A stretch of DNA of 63,693 nucleotides, the filler included, from Octopus bimaculoides (Eukaryota): the NCBI RefSeq assembly GCF_001194135.2. It is 7 parts of 7 records of this genome, joined end to end, with 100 filler letters (N's around TTAATTAATTAA, not from the genome) between each part and the next. Parts side by side here need not be neighbours in the genome. Positions count along the whole stretch, not along the records: positions 6,350 to 25,610 come from NC_068984.1; positions 25,711 to 40,514 come from NC_069009.1; 5 more parts are not named here. One strand, written 5' to 3'. Position numbers and translations under genes: made by a program. The notes under the pieces are model-generated. The model did not search any database and was not told where the DNA came from. It was given only the letters and a program-made list of their open reading frames with translations. Within the stretch, counting starts at the first letter, position 1. Every line of letters begins with the position of its first letter. Below, in pieces: positions 12,785-26,012 of the stretch.

Positions 12785-13941
12785 CCTTTTTACTGTAGGC
12801 ACAAGGCCTAATTTTTTTTTTTTTTAAAGTTGGGTGGGAAATAGTTGATTATATCAACCCCAGTGCTCGATTGGTACTTAATTTATCGACTCCGAAAAGA
12901 TGAAGGGCAAAGTCCCGACCTCGGCAGAATTTGAACTCAGAACGTAAAGGCTGACGAAATACTGCAAAAAACAAAAAAAAAAAAAAAAGAGNNNNNNNNN
13001 NAAAAAAAAAAAAAAAAAAAAAAAGAGAAAGGGGGAAAAAATGATTAAATTAAAATAAACGAACGAAATGTTATTGTTCTTGATGATCATAGAATTAAAA
13101 GAAAAAAATGAACCTTCGTAGTAGAAGTGAGCTGGCCACTTAATGTCAATATATTAAAAGAAAAGGGCGGCGAGCTGGCTGAAACGTTAGCACGCCGGAC
13201 GAAATGCATATCGGTATTTCGTTTGTCTTTACGCCGAGGTCGACTTTGCCCCTCATCCTTTCGGGGTCGATAAATTAAGTACCAGTTTCAGGCCTCGTGC
13301 CTAGTGTAGAATAGAAATATACAGGCGAAAAGAAGACCATTGATGGCGGGGTACTAAAACATACAAGATCTAAAATACATTTTCATTGGAGCGACAAGAA
13401 TCATGCCAAACTGTTTGGATCAAAATATGATTCGACTTGGGTCCTAGAAGAAAAAGCGTAGCTCCCTAATTCATAGACTACGGATTATCACCATATATGT
13501 GGAACGATAAAATGCTGCAAGAATTTAAAATTTAAAGAGGGAATAAGTTACGCAAATGGTGGCAAAAAGTTCAAGATAATTTCGTTGCAATCATACCATC
13601 GAGGAGACGGACGCTCAAAATATTTCCTGAACCACCAAACAGAGAAACATTCATATATGTAGATATACGAAGAGACAGAGACAGACAGACAGAGACGTTG
13701 GTTACAATCCTAACAACAATATTGTTTTGTCTGTAGTTTTTTGGGTTTTTTTTGCCAGACTTTATGCTCTATTTTTCGTACGGATGATGTGACAATCGTA
13801 GCTTTTCCTGAAAATATTGATGGCGTAAACATTAACATACACGCTCACACATACACGCTCACACAAAAACACGCATACACAAAAATGCATACACACACGC
13901 GCGCGATCGTGCGCAAACACGTTCCTTCTCTCACATACTCA

Positions 13942-14012
<71 letters not shown>

Positions 14013-14621
14013 ACATGCAAAAGCTTACTGACTGCCACAGACAGTCAAATGCGTGCAAAATAACACCTAAAAGAACCATATGATGGAAATACAATTACGC
14101 ATTCCAGAATATATATCGTGCATATAAATAATATATGTGGGTATGTATACGTGTGTGTGTGTGCGTGTGCGTGTGTATGTGTATATATATAAATGTTTAC
14201 GTATAAACACATGCACACACACACATTTACACACACATACACGTACATCTATACATACGTACACGCACATGTGTGCATATGAATAGAGATTATATTTATG
14301 TTCACGCATATGTGTTTGTACATGTGTATATCTACATACACACACATAGATGTAAATATATGTGTATACATGTATGTATGTATGTATATATGTATGTATG
14401 TATGTATTTATGTATGTATTTATGTATGTATGTACGTATGTATGTATGTATGTATGTATGTATGGCAGAATTTAAATAAACGACAAGGGAACAAGGAATT
14501 ATCTAAAATTATTTTTTGTACCTATATGTATATATATGTGGATAGATAAATTCAAATTTTTAATAGCGATGCTTTAAAAATTGTCAATAAATGAACAGTA
14601 CTCTCGTTTCATGCGCGAGCG

Positions 14622-14669
<48 letters not shown>

Positions 14670-16261
14670 TACATGCGCACCAACCCAAGTCTACAATGAC
14701 GTAATCAATGGAAAACACTATTATAAGAAGAAGAAGAAAAAAAATACCAACAGCTTTACCTAAAAATAGAAAAATAAAGACATAAGAAGTAAAATGACTG
14801 AATGAGTGAAAATTCCAGCGATTCTTATGAAACTTGACACGATCAAAAGGAATGCAATGTGTTCGTCTTGAAACAGCTTAAAGACGTGATATCAACATAA
14901 CATACTATGCTGTGATAAAAAAAAAACTACTTTTTACTTACACGCACACACACACAGATATGTATATATATATATATATATATATATTAGATTTGATCTA
15001 GTTTCAGCATATGAGTTGTGGCCATGGTGGGGCGCCGCCATTTATATATATATATATATATATANNNNNNNNNNNNNNNNNNNNNNNNNNNNNNNNNNNN
15101 NNNNNNNNNNNNNNNNNNNNNNNNNNNNNNNNNNNNNNNNNNNNNNNNNNNNNNNNNNNNNNNNNNNNNNNNNNNNNNNNNNNNNNNNNNNNNNNNNNNN
15201 NNNNNNNNNNNNNNNNNNNNNNNNNNNNNNNNNNNNNNNNNNNNNNNNNNNNNNNNNNNNNNNNNNNNNNNNNNNNNNNNNNNNNNNNNNNNNNNNNNNN
15301 NNNNNNNNNNNNNNNNNNNNNNNNNNNNNNNNNNNNNNNNNNNNNNNNNNNNNNNNNNNNNNNNNNNNNNNNNNNNNNNNNNNNNNNNNNNNNNNNNNNN
15401 NNNNNNNNNNNNNNNNNNNNNNNNNNNNNNNNNNNNNNNNNNNNNNNNNNNNNNNNNNNNNNNNNNNNNNNNNNNNNNNNNNNNNNNNNNNNNNNNNNNN
15501 NNNNNNNNNNNNNNNNNNNNNNNNNNNNNNNNNNNNNNNNNNNNNNNNNNNNNNNNNNNNNNNNNNNNNNNNNNNNNNNNNNNNNNNNNNNNNNNNNNNN
15601 NNNNNNNNNNNNNNNNNNNNNNNNNNNNNNNNNNNNNNNNNNNNNNNNNNNNNNNNNNNNNNNNNNNNNNNNNNNNNNNNNNNNNNNNNNNNNNNNNNNN
15701 NNNNNNNNNNNNNNNNNNNNNNNNNNNNNNNNNNNNNNNNNNNNNNNNNNNNNNNNNNNNNNNNNNNNNNNNNNNNNNNNNNNNNNNNNNNNNNNNNNNN
15801 NNNNNNNNNNNNNNNNNNNNNNNNNNNNNNNNNNNNNNNNNNNNNNNNNNNNNNNNNNNNNNNNNNNNNNNNNNNNNNNNNNNNNNNNNNNNNNNNNNNN
15901 NNNNNNNNNNNNNNNNNNNNNNNNNNNNNNNNNNNNNNNNNNNNNNNNNNNNNNNNNNNNNNNNTTATGGCATAGCTGCTAATAACAGTGAAGACAAGGG
16001 ACTAGAATGAGAGTGAGAGAGAGAAGGGGAGAGGGAGAGAAAGTGAAGAGGTAGGCGAAAGAAAGAGAGAGAGAGAGAGACTTCATAACGATGTGGACCA
16101 GTGCTTTTCAAATTTTTGCCTTATTCCTCCCGACTCCTGCTTCTTATCCTGCTCATTCCGACATACCTGACGTAATTTTTGCGGCAACATGTATCTATAT
16201 TTAGAAGGGTTTTTCGCGTGCGCGAGCGTGTGTACGTGCTTGCGTATGTGTATGTGTGTGT

Positions 16262-16297
<36 letters not shown>

Positions 16298-16489
16298 CGT
16301 GCGTGTGTGTGATTAAAACTAAATGCACAATATATAAGTCTGTAGCAAAGCTACGTAGGATCCATATTATTTGATAGGATGGACTATACTATCTTAGTTA
16401 TATCATATATAACTATAGCTATACATACATATATATATAGCATAGTATAACTACAGCTATACTATGCATTAGCTCTATGCACACATATA

Positions 16490-16622
16490 TACGAGTGGGT
16501 GTTGAAAAGTTCTTTTACAGGCCTTAGAAAAACTGAAAGATCGTCGCAATAAGTGTGCAATCTGAGAGGGGAACATGTTGAATAAAATCATAGTTAGCTG
16601 ATCCTCCTAGCACCCCCTCGTA
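16490..16622 (+). mobile_element. Mariner-derived MITE retaining the transposase C-terminus
   Basis: TIRs tacgagtgggtgttgaaaagttc / caccccctcgta with TA flanks; internal GLEKLKDRRNKCAILRGEHVE* resembles mariner C-termini (G..KL..RW.KC....G.YVE). Confidence 0.75.
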
Positions 16623-16634
16623 TATCAACAGTTT

Positions 16635-16721
<87 letters not shown>

Positions 16722-16722
<1 letters not shown>

Positions 16723-16950
16723 TTTATTTAAAAGCAGCAGAAATATAGCAAAAGACTGTTACTCTGAGTTTCACGTTCCCGTTCATCGGACAGTTTCTAA
16801 CAAAACTGTCCGATGAACGGGAACGTGAAACTCAGAGTAACAGTCTTTTGTTATATTTCTGCTGCTTTTAAATAAAGCATATTACTCTACCTCTGGTATT
16901 TGAGTACTCTTTTTTCCACCTTGTTGCACATTTTATGTGCTTACTCCGGT
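16722..16950. mobile_element. Penelope-like terminal repeat with ~75 bp near-perfect inverted duplication (16722-16877)
   Basis: Palindrome centred on ctaac with one G:T mismatch; continues into tttaaataaagcatattactctacctctggtatttgagtac. Confidence 0.7.
16805..16844 (+). ncRNA. Type I hammerhead ribozyme motif, CCGAUGA core variant (mirror copy on - strand at 16755-16794)
   Basis: Stem I ACUGU/ACAGU (extendable AACAAAA/UUUUGUU); core CCGAUGA; stem II ACG-GGAA-CGU; GAAA; stem III ACU-CAG-AGU; cleavage triplet GUA. Confidence 0.65.
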
Positions 16951-17197
16951 GTATATATATATATGTACGTATGTATGTATGTTTGTATGTATGTATGTAT
17001 GTGTGTGTGTGTAAATATATATATGACATTAACTTTAAAGTTTCCATTGAACCTGGCTTATTCAAAATGTTATTAACATAATTATATTTAAAAATATATC
17101 GTGAATGAATTCTAAAGCACCACAGAGCTCCATAACCCAGCTTTAGGACGATATAACTTTAACATTGATGTATAGACTGAATCAAAATGATGACGAC

Positions 17198-17229
<32 letters not shown>

Positions 17230-17245
<16 letters not shown>

Positions 17246-17510
17246 AAATACCCTGATGCAGTACCAAGCAGTGACCCTCTTGGTTTCTGATCTTAATTGA
17301 TCGGAAGTGTTATCATGTACATTGTTTTGTCTTGGTATAAAAGATGGGCTACAGCAGATATTCTGCTCAATACCACAGATTTGCTTGTCAGTTACTTGAC
17401 CTTAACCAGTTGAGCATGTCCCTTAGTGGCTAACGATATATGCATCTCTGATCATGGGCAGAAGTAGTTGGGGAGCATCATAGCCATGTGATGAGAGGTG
17501 TTTTGTCACT
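17230..17510 (+). mobile_element. Interspersed repeat (ccctgatgcagtacca... family); partial copy at 18685-18800
   Basis: Shared tgatcttaactgattggaagtgttatcatgtacattgttttgtcttggtataaaagatgggc. Confidence 0.7.
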
Positions 17511-17547
17511 TTGATGGCATGCACTGCTCTCTCACTTAATCATAATG

Positions 17548-17603
<56 letters not shown>

Positions 17604-18449
17604 CATGGAACCACTGTTGAAACACACGAAGAAGGCCAAAACATGAAATGAACAAATGTCAGTTTGCAAGGGATGTGAACGAAACAGATACAGAGTAACG
17701 GTGGCTATGGATGAGGAGAGGTGACCTGAAGATAGAGACGGAGACACTCATATGCACAGCTCAGGAACATGTGTTAAGGAGCAACTATATAAAGTACAGA
17801 ATAGACAACACTACCGATAGCGACAAATGCAGAATGTGTGCTGAGAGGGGTGAAATGGTATGGCACATCGTTAGCGAATGCCCGAAATTGGCACAACGCG
17901 AATACAAGAGACCCCATGACAATGTGGCAAGAATGATCCATTGGGAGCTCTGTGGAAATCACGGCCTACGAAGAGCAAAGACGTGGCATGAGCAAACTCC
18001 AGAAGGAATCACCGAGAATGAGAATTGCGAAATCCTGTGGGATGCAATGATCCAGTGCGATCACCCGACCAGACATCGGAAACAGAACATTGTTGTCGTG
18101 AGTAAAAAAGAAAGAACATGTATGATAATCGACAGAACATACCCCGGTGACAACAGGATCAATGTGAAAGATGAAGAAAAAAAATGAACAACTATGACGA
18201 TTTGAAGTGGGAAATACAAAGGTTGTGGCCAATCGCACTTGGAAGTATCAGCACTACCAACATGATTGAAAAAGATTGGTGTTAGTGTGAAGGTAGAGCA
18301 CCTTCAAAAATCAACATTGCTTGGAGCTGTACGAATTCTTCGCAGGGTTCTTGAAGCATGACCAGTAAACAAGTGTCGCCTTAGTCTGCTGGCTGTGGAC
18401 AGCTGACACTTTCCATCGTACCCAGCAAAATAAGCTGTGAGGTTTCATA
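17604..18449 (+). mobile_element. 5'-truncated R4/Dong-like non-LTR retrotransposon (CCHC finger + RLE endonuclease), inactivated
   Basis: ORF 17711-18187: RRGDLKIETETLICTAQE...CRMC...HIVSEC...ILWD...IIDRTYPGD; frameshift at a poly-A run before YDDLKWEIQRLW; flanked on both sides by (TAA)n. Confidence 0.85.
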
Positions 18450-18789
18450 TAATAATAATAATAATAATAATTAGTCTAAATTTTTTGCCAAAAGGGCAGC
18501 TTGAGGGAGGTGGCGATGAGTCGATTACATCGACTTATTTTATTGATTCCGAAAGAATGAAAGGCGAAGTCGACCTCGGCGGAATTTGAACTCAGAATGT
18601 AAAGACGGACGAAATACCGCTAAGCATTTTTCCCGGTGTGCTAACGATTCTGCAAGCTCACTGCTTTAATAGTGATAATAGATGCCCTGATGCAGTATCA
18701 GGCAGTTGCTCTCATGGCTTTTGATCTTAACTGATTGCAAGTGTTATCATGTACATTGTTTTGTCTTGGTATAAAAGATGGGCAATAGC

Positions 18790-18945
18790 AAATATTCTCT
18801 TATTTACATTATTTACATTTGACGGATATTTGTCCTCATCTTGTTTGTTGTTAACACAACGTTTCGGCTGATATACTCTCCAGCCTTCATCAGGTGTCTT
18901 GGGGAAATTTCGAACCTGGGTTTTCATTCCTAAGGTATTTTGAAA
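18790..18945 (-). mobile_element. Penelope-like terminal repeat
   Basis: cctgatgaaggctgg...cagccgaaacgttg signature; same family as 34680-34835 and 35010-35150. Confidence 0.75.
18853..18898 (-). ncRNA. Minimal type I hammerhead ribozyme motif, intact core
   Basis: GACAC-CUGAUGA-A-GGCUG(gagaguauau)CAGCC-GAAA-CG-UU-GUGUU: stem I GACAC/GUGUU, stem II GGCUG/CAGCC, minimal stem III. Confidence 0.75.
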
Positions 18946-19839
18946 TGAAACTGAACAATGACATACATACATACACACACACATAAAATACATACATACA
19001 TACATACATACACACATACATAAAATACATACACACATACATACATATATACATACATACATACGTACATACATACATACGTACACACATACACACATAC
19101 ATAAAATACATAATACACACATACATAAAATACATACACACACAAATACACACATACATACATACATACATACATACATACATACAAATGCATATATTTG
19201 TATCATGTCAGTCGAAATGGTTCCGATGGCATCTTCTCGAATTCTGTGCGTTTGTTTCAGATTCTGATAGAACTTAAAAGAAATGCCCATCTTCTGTTTA
19301 CAGAGAAATCATTAGTGTGTAACTATTTATAGAATGTATAAACTCGGCCAGACCTAAACAGCAGACAGAAGATGGTTCTCTCTTTGATAAAGCATTAACG
19401 ATATCAGAGACTCGTCAGATTAGTTTCTATCATCAGAGAGCTGGGAACTGTCATTTAAGCCTCTCTATTTACAGTTTAGAACGAGGTTAAGTTATATATA
19501 AGTTTATTAAACAAAGCATCCCTTAGATTTTAAATGATCAAAAACAAAATCTTGCATAGTATATATAGTAGTAATTAGATAATTATACCATGTTGTCAGT
19601 GCTTGCAGTGCTATGTAAATTTAAGAGGCCAGTTTAGATCTGCTCTATTTTGTATACATTATAAAATAGCTACGAGTTAATAAGCTCTCCATTTACAGAA
19701 AATGGGCACTTTTTTCTCTCTCTAATGAACAGAAACTAGTCACAAACATATGGTGTAAACACTCACTTTACTTTTCAAAGCAAGCCCAAATTGCATGCTT
19801 CTCAAAAATTTGTACCTAACATTTTAAACCGTGAATTTT

Positions 19840-19892
<53 letters not shown>

Positions 19893-20916
19893 TGTGTGTG
19901 TGTTTGTCCCCTCACCATCGCTTGACAACCGATGCTGGTGTGTTTACGTCCCCGTAACTTAGCTGTTCGGCAAAATGAGACCGATAGAATAAGTACTAGA
20001 CTTACAAAGAATAAGTCCAGGGGTCGATTTTCTCAACTAAAGGTGGTGCTCCAGCATGGCCGCAGTCAAATGACTGAAACGAGTAAAAGAGTGTATATTG
20101 TAAGAAAAAGCTTCAGTTTCTAATTATGTATTCTTATTTTGACATAAGGTCAGTAATTTTGAATTGAGTCGTTTATTCCATTGACTCCGAAAGGATGGGA
20201 AACAAAGTCAGTCACGGTGGAATTTGAACTCAGAACGTAAAGACGAACGGAATGCCACTAATCTTTTTGTAGGATGTACTAACGATTCTGCTAGCTCGGC
20301 ACCTTGCTTCAGCTTCAAATATGTATATATGTATGTATGCATGTATGCATGCATGTATGTATGTATGCATGCATACATGTATGTATGAATATATATTTTG
20401 ACTTCAGTATGTTTCGATATCCAGGTCTGTAGATGTATATGTATATCCCAAAGTCTAAATCCCCGGGATATTTTATATATTTTTTCAGTTCTACAAATGG
20501 CTTTAGCTAAGTCCTTTTCGGTTTTGTAAAACCCAGCTTTTCAAGATTAGCATAGAAGCATTTAGTTACATAATTAAGCGCACCCTGACATACACCCGCC
20601 ACTCACAAAACGTATATGATCCGCAAATTTCTAAGTTCGGCATAGACCTTCTCTTTTCTTTTTATCTTTAACATTAACTTAACACTTGCTGGACAACTGC
20701 TATGTCCTGTATTGAGCACTCTTTGCTTTCTCTATCTCTTATCTGGTCTTTTCTGCTTATACTTTACAAAAGTTTTAGCAAGAACATTTCACCAGTTTTC
20801 TTTCCTATTATCGGTGAGCATGTCCTCTATAAGACAGTAACTTCTATATTTTTGTCTTCAGGACTAATTTTTCCCCGAATTGTTTCAGTGTTTTGGCTGC
20901 TGCATTATGTCTTATA

Positions 20917-21296
20917 GCGGAAGCGCAATGGCCCAGTGGTTAGGGCAGCGGACTCGCGATCATAGGATCGCGGTTTCGATTCCCAGACCGGGTGTTGTGA
21001 GTGTTTATTGAGCGAAAACACTTAAAGCTCCACAAGGCTTCGGCAGCGGATGGTGGCGAACCCTGCTATAGTCTTTCACCACAACTTTCTCTCACTCTTA
21101 CTTCCTGTTTCTGTTGTGCCTGTAATTCAATAGGTCAGCCTTGTCACACTGTGTCACGCTGAATATCCCCGAGAACTACGTTAAGGGTACACGTGTCTGT
21201 GGAGTGCTCAGCTACTTGCACGTTAATTTCACGAGCAGGCTGTTCCGTTGATCGGATCAACTGGAACCCTCGTCGTCGTAAGCGACGGAGTGCCAA
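20917..21296 (+). mobile_element. Full-length tRNA-derived SINE
   Basis: A-box tggcccagtggtt, B-box ggtttcgattcc; body identical in family to the 11161-11720 copy. Confidence 0.8.
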
Positions 21297-21379
21297 GTAT
21301 ATATAAGTATGTCTTATAGGTAGTCTGTATAATGGTGGCCTTTTCAGGCAGCTGCTTCCAATGTTGATCATATCTTCAG

Positions 21380-22000
21380 TTTATATCAATTGTCACATCA
21401 GGTGTTTCACCTGTATCCCCATTCCTTTTTGTGTCATGTAATTGTTGCCCTTTCTTGTGATAAATAAATATCACTGTATTAAGACAATATAATGCAACAT
21501 TCAAAAGACTGAATCGGTGCTAAACCATTCCTTTTCCGAAAAGACAGTCACGGCCACTATACCTGTGAAAATTTCTGTCGGTGGATGGTAATGTCAAAAC
21601 TCGGATCTCATCCCGTATTCAGTCGAGTAAGGGTTGAATCATTTAATAAATACAGATACAACCATTACATTAAGCTCCACTATTGTTTGCTGAGTGTCGT
21701 AATGACCGTATTTACTTTTTGTATTTGCGTGTAATATTTTCCAGGTTACAAGTTTCTTGTTACAAAAGCAGTCATATGATATGTTTTCGTCCATCCATAA
21801 GCACCAATAACATTCCTTGGCTATGCCAAACAAATAGTTAGGCCATTGATTGTGATAGCGCAAGGCTTGTTTGCAGTTTTTCCTCTTTTTAGTATCTGAT
21901 AGGAGTATTTATCTTGGTCAAATTCCATCCTTATCTCTTCTGAAAATATCGAAACCAGGTCAAGGTTCTTTGTCATATCATATTTCCACAATAATCCTTT
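21380..22000 (-). mobile_element. Decayed R4/Dong-like RT C-terminal fragment
   Basis: NLDLVSIFSEEIRMEFDQDK...KRGK...ITINGLTI; ECYWCLWMDENISYD..NK; NFHRYSG.DCLF resemble F..DIGM.FG.DKC / YKYLG.DENI.Y / NFH..SD..RLY of RLE-clade elements. Confidence 0.65.
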
Positions 22001-22274
22001 CTACTATAGGCACAAAGCTTGAAAATTGTGGGGAGGGAACTAGTAGATTACATCTACCCGAGTAATCAACTGGTACTTAATTTATCGACCCCAAAAGGAT
22101 GAAAGGAAAAATGCTTTCAGTTCACTATGCAATATCTTGCTCTTCAACCATCTAAGTGTAGGCGGGGAGGCATCTATAAGCACACGTACATAAATGTGTG
22201 TATGTATATGTGTGCGTGAATGTGAGTATACGTTGTGTGTATATGTATGCTTCTGTGTATAAGTGTGTGTATAG

Positions 22275-22342
<68 letters not shown>

Positions 22343-23599
22343 NNNNNNNNNNNNNNNNNNNNNNNNNNNNNNNNNNNNNNNNNNNNNNNNNNNNNNNNNN
22401 NNNNNNNNNNNNNNNNNNNNNNNNNNNNNNNNNNNNNNNNNNNNNNNNNNNNNNNNNNNNNNNNNNNNNNNNNNNNNNNNNNNNNNNNNNNNNNNNNNNN
22501 NNNNNNNNNNNNNNNNNNNNNNNNNNNNNNNNNNNNNNNNNNNNNNNNNNNNNNNNNNNNNNNNNNNNNNNNNNNNNNNNNNNNNNNNNNNNNNNNNNNN
22601 NNNNNNNNNNNNNNNNNNNNNNNNNNNNNNNNNNNNNNNNNNNNNNNNNNNNNNNNNNNNNNNNNNNNNNNNNNNNNNNNNNNNNNNNNNNNNNNNNNNN
22701 NNNNNNNNNNNNNNNNNNNNNNNNNNNNNNNNNNNNNNNNNNNNNNNNNNNNNNNNNNNNNNNNNNNNNNNNNNNNNNNNNNNNNNNNNNNNNNNNNNNN
22801 NNNNNNNNNNNNNNNNNNNNNNNNNNNNNNNNNNNNNNNNNNNNNNNNNNNNNNNNNNNNNNNNNNNNNNNNNNNNNNNNNNNNNNNNNNNNNNNNNNNN
22901 NNNNNNNNNNNNNNNNNNNNNNNNNNNNNNNNNNNNNNNNNNNNNNNNNNNNNNNNNNNNNNNNNNNNNNNNNNNNNNNNNNNNNNNNNNNNNNNNNNNN
23001 NNNNNNNNNNNNNNNNNNNNNNNNNNNNNNNNNNNNNNNNNNNNNNNNNNNNNNNNNNNNNNNNNNNNNNNNNNNNNNNNNNNNNNNNNNNNNNNNNNNN
23101 NNNNNNNNNNNNNNNNNNNNNNNNNNNNNNNNNNNNNNNNNNNNNNNNNNNNNNNNNNNNNNNNNNNNNNNNNNNNNNNNNNNNNNNNNNNNNNNNNNNN
23201 NNNNNNNNNNNNNNNNNNNNNNNNNNNNNNNNNNNNNNNNNNNNNNNNNNNNNNNNNNNNNNNNNNNNNNNTATATATATATATATATATATCAACAGAT
23301 AGATAGATACTTTTGACACAGCAAAGCAATACTGTTGTTAAATTTTTAGAACTCGTTATAATTATAATTACGGCATTCATTAGCTTCGGTCGTAAGGTTG
23401 TGAGAATTCACAGATATTCTTTGGACTTCTCATGTAGACCACAACATAAGTATAGAGCATAATACTAATTAATAAATGACAAAAGAACGGGGTAATTACA
23501 TTCATTAACTTGCCACTGTATTCACTGTAAGGAATACTCTACACAGAAGAATGAAGAGAATGTCTGTGTAACTTCCTACAGTTCCAATATATATACGTA

Positions 23600-23657
<58 letters not shown>

Positions 23658-24108
23658 GGTTATATGTGGTTTCCGATTTCCTGGTATTTATTTAAGCATC
23701 CCAACTTACTAACATATATTCCCAGTAGAGAACCTTGAAGATGTTTTCACCATCGTTTTTAGACATTTATCATTCCTTATTGATATATGAAGTGACTACA
23801 TCGGACTTCGTTCATTAGTGTTCGATTTATATACCAACTACACGTGATGTCGGCAATTACTATATTTTGTGTAACTGTTCTTAGTTAAACGGCAGCTGAT
23901 GAGATGAGTAGCCATCGAAACATCTATATATCCGCCAAGATAATTGTGATGAACATTACATATCTTATTCATGTGGCAAATTTGGGACCCATTCTTCATG
24001 TAGACATATATTCATGGTCCTGTATACCTGCTGAGTTGTTGAACAATCTTATTTATTAAATATCTTAGATAAACTTGTACTGCTTAAGTTCATGTTCGCC
24101 AAAAGGGA

Positions 24109-24139
<31 letters not shown>

Positions 24140-24186
24140 TGTGTGTGTGTGCGTTTGTTTGTGTGTGTGTGCGTGTGTGCGTGTGC

Positions 24187-24223
<37 letters not shown>

Positions 24224-25174
24224 TTTTATCTTTTACCTTTTACTTGTTTCAGTCATTAGNNNNNNNNNNNNNNNNNNNNNNNNNNNNNNNNNNNNNNNNN
24301 NNNNNNNNNNNNNNNNNNNNNNNNNNNNNNNNNNNNNNNNNNNNNNNNNNNNNNNNNNNNNNNNNNNNNNNNNNNNNNNNNNNNNNNNNNNNNNNNNNNN
24401 NNNNNNNNNNNNNNNNNNNNNNNNNNNNNNNNNNNACGGATACAAAGATACACCCCCCACACACACAATACAATGGGCTTCTTTTAGTTTCCTATTTCTT
24501 TATTGCCCACAAAGGGCTAAACATAGAGGGGACAAACAAGGACAAAGAGATTAAGTCGATTACATCGACCCCAGTGCGTAACTGGTATTTATTTTATCGA
24601 CCCCGAAAGGATGAAAGGTAAAGTCGACCTCGGCGGAATTTGAACTCAGAACGTAACGGCAGACGAAATACTGCTAAGCATTTCGCCCGGCGTCCTAACG
24701 ATTCTGCCAGCTCGCCGCCTTCTTTTAGTTTCCATCAACCAAATCCACTCACAAGGCTTTGATCGGTCCAAGGCTATAGTAGAAGACACCTGCCTAAGGT
24801 ACCACGCAGTAGGACTGAACCCAAAACCATGTGGTTGGGAAGCAAACTTCTCTCCACATTTGCTGACCTCAATTTTCTGCTCTTGTTTTCGGGGTCAATG
24901 ATCCGTGAAACATGTCAATACAATCTCGTTTATGTTTCTTTGTACGAAAAGAAAGTAATATGTATTCAATTTAAATTTGTCTTTGGTTTTCTAAAACATG
25001 CTGTGTTGCGTACAATTTTGTTGATTAAATCAGGCTACCAATAAAAGTACGTAATGCAAATCTGTCTAGTCATTACAAATTCTAGCTCAGCATCGATTTA
25101 AACAACAATTGGTTGCTCTATTCGTACGAAGACGGATGGAAAGTACTTGTATTTTGATGAGTAGTCAACAAACC

Positions 25175-25183
25175 ATGAAATAT
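25175..25183 (+). CDS. Possible first coding exon (MKY) of the ZP-domain gene
   Basis: Kozak-like aaccATG, ATG AAA TAT followed by GTAAGA donor, phase 0; speculative. Confidence 0.3.
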
Positions 25184-25829
25184 GTAAGATAATTTTCTTT
25201 ACCAAAACTTTCTGTGAACGAAGAGAGAAAGGTTTAAAAACTGTTGTTTCGAATTTATCTTTTTTCTCTCTCTCTAATATACATTGCATTGTGCATAATG
25301 TGTGTGTGAGTGTGTGTGTGTCTCACACAGACACACATACATATATGTATTTATATATACATATGTATATGTATGTATGTATGTATATGTTCATACACAC
25401 ACTCACACACACATATATATGCATAGAATAGAGGCAGCTGACGAAGGATTAATTCCAAGTGGCTATCTGTTTTCCTATGTGTTCGTTCCGTGGTCTGTAA
25501 TTCATTGTTCTAACGTCCTGTACCCTGATATGCATCTATATACACATGTAGATGTAAGTATGTACATATATGTGTGTATACATACATATATATTCTTTGT
25601 ATTATATATANNNNNNNNNNNNNNNNNNNNNNNNNNNNNNNNNNNNNNNNNNNNTTAATTAATTAANNNNNNNNNNNNNNNNNNNNNNNNNNNNNNNNNN
25701 NNNNNNNNNNTATATATACACACACATATATACGTACATACATATATATATACATACACACACACATATATGTGTGTGTATATATATATATATACATATA
25801 ATACATACATATATATAATGATTGACCGT

Positions 25830-26012
25830 TGACTGAACACTATTTAATTTTTTTTCTCCGTGTTTTTCTCCTTGTCTCCGTATTCTTTCTGTTGAAGAGC
25901 GTAGCTCGAAACGTCAAAGACTTTCCGTATTCCTGAGCGTCATACTAATACATCCTTTTGTTGTTTACACCACCTGTCCTCGTCTGTTGTTGATTTTTTC
26001 GTACATTCTCCC
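25830..26012 (+). mobile_element. Penelope-like terminal-repeat fragment
   Basis: ctgttgaagagcgtagctcgaaacgtcaaagac signature; flanked by similar ~80 bp (TA/CA) tracts. Confidence 0.6.
25884..25920 (+). ncRNA. Minimal type I hammerhead-like motif, CUGUUGA core variant
   Basis: UCUUU-CUGUUGA-A-GAGC(gua)GCUC-GAAA-CG-UC-AAAGA: stem I UCUUU/AAAGA, stem II GAGC/GCUC, GUC triplet. Confidence 0.6.
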
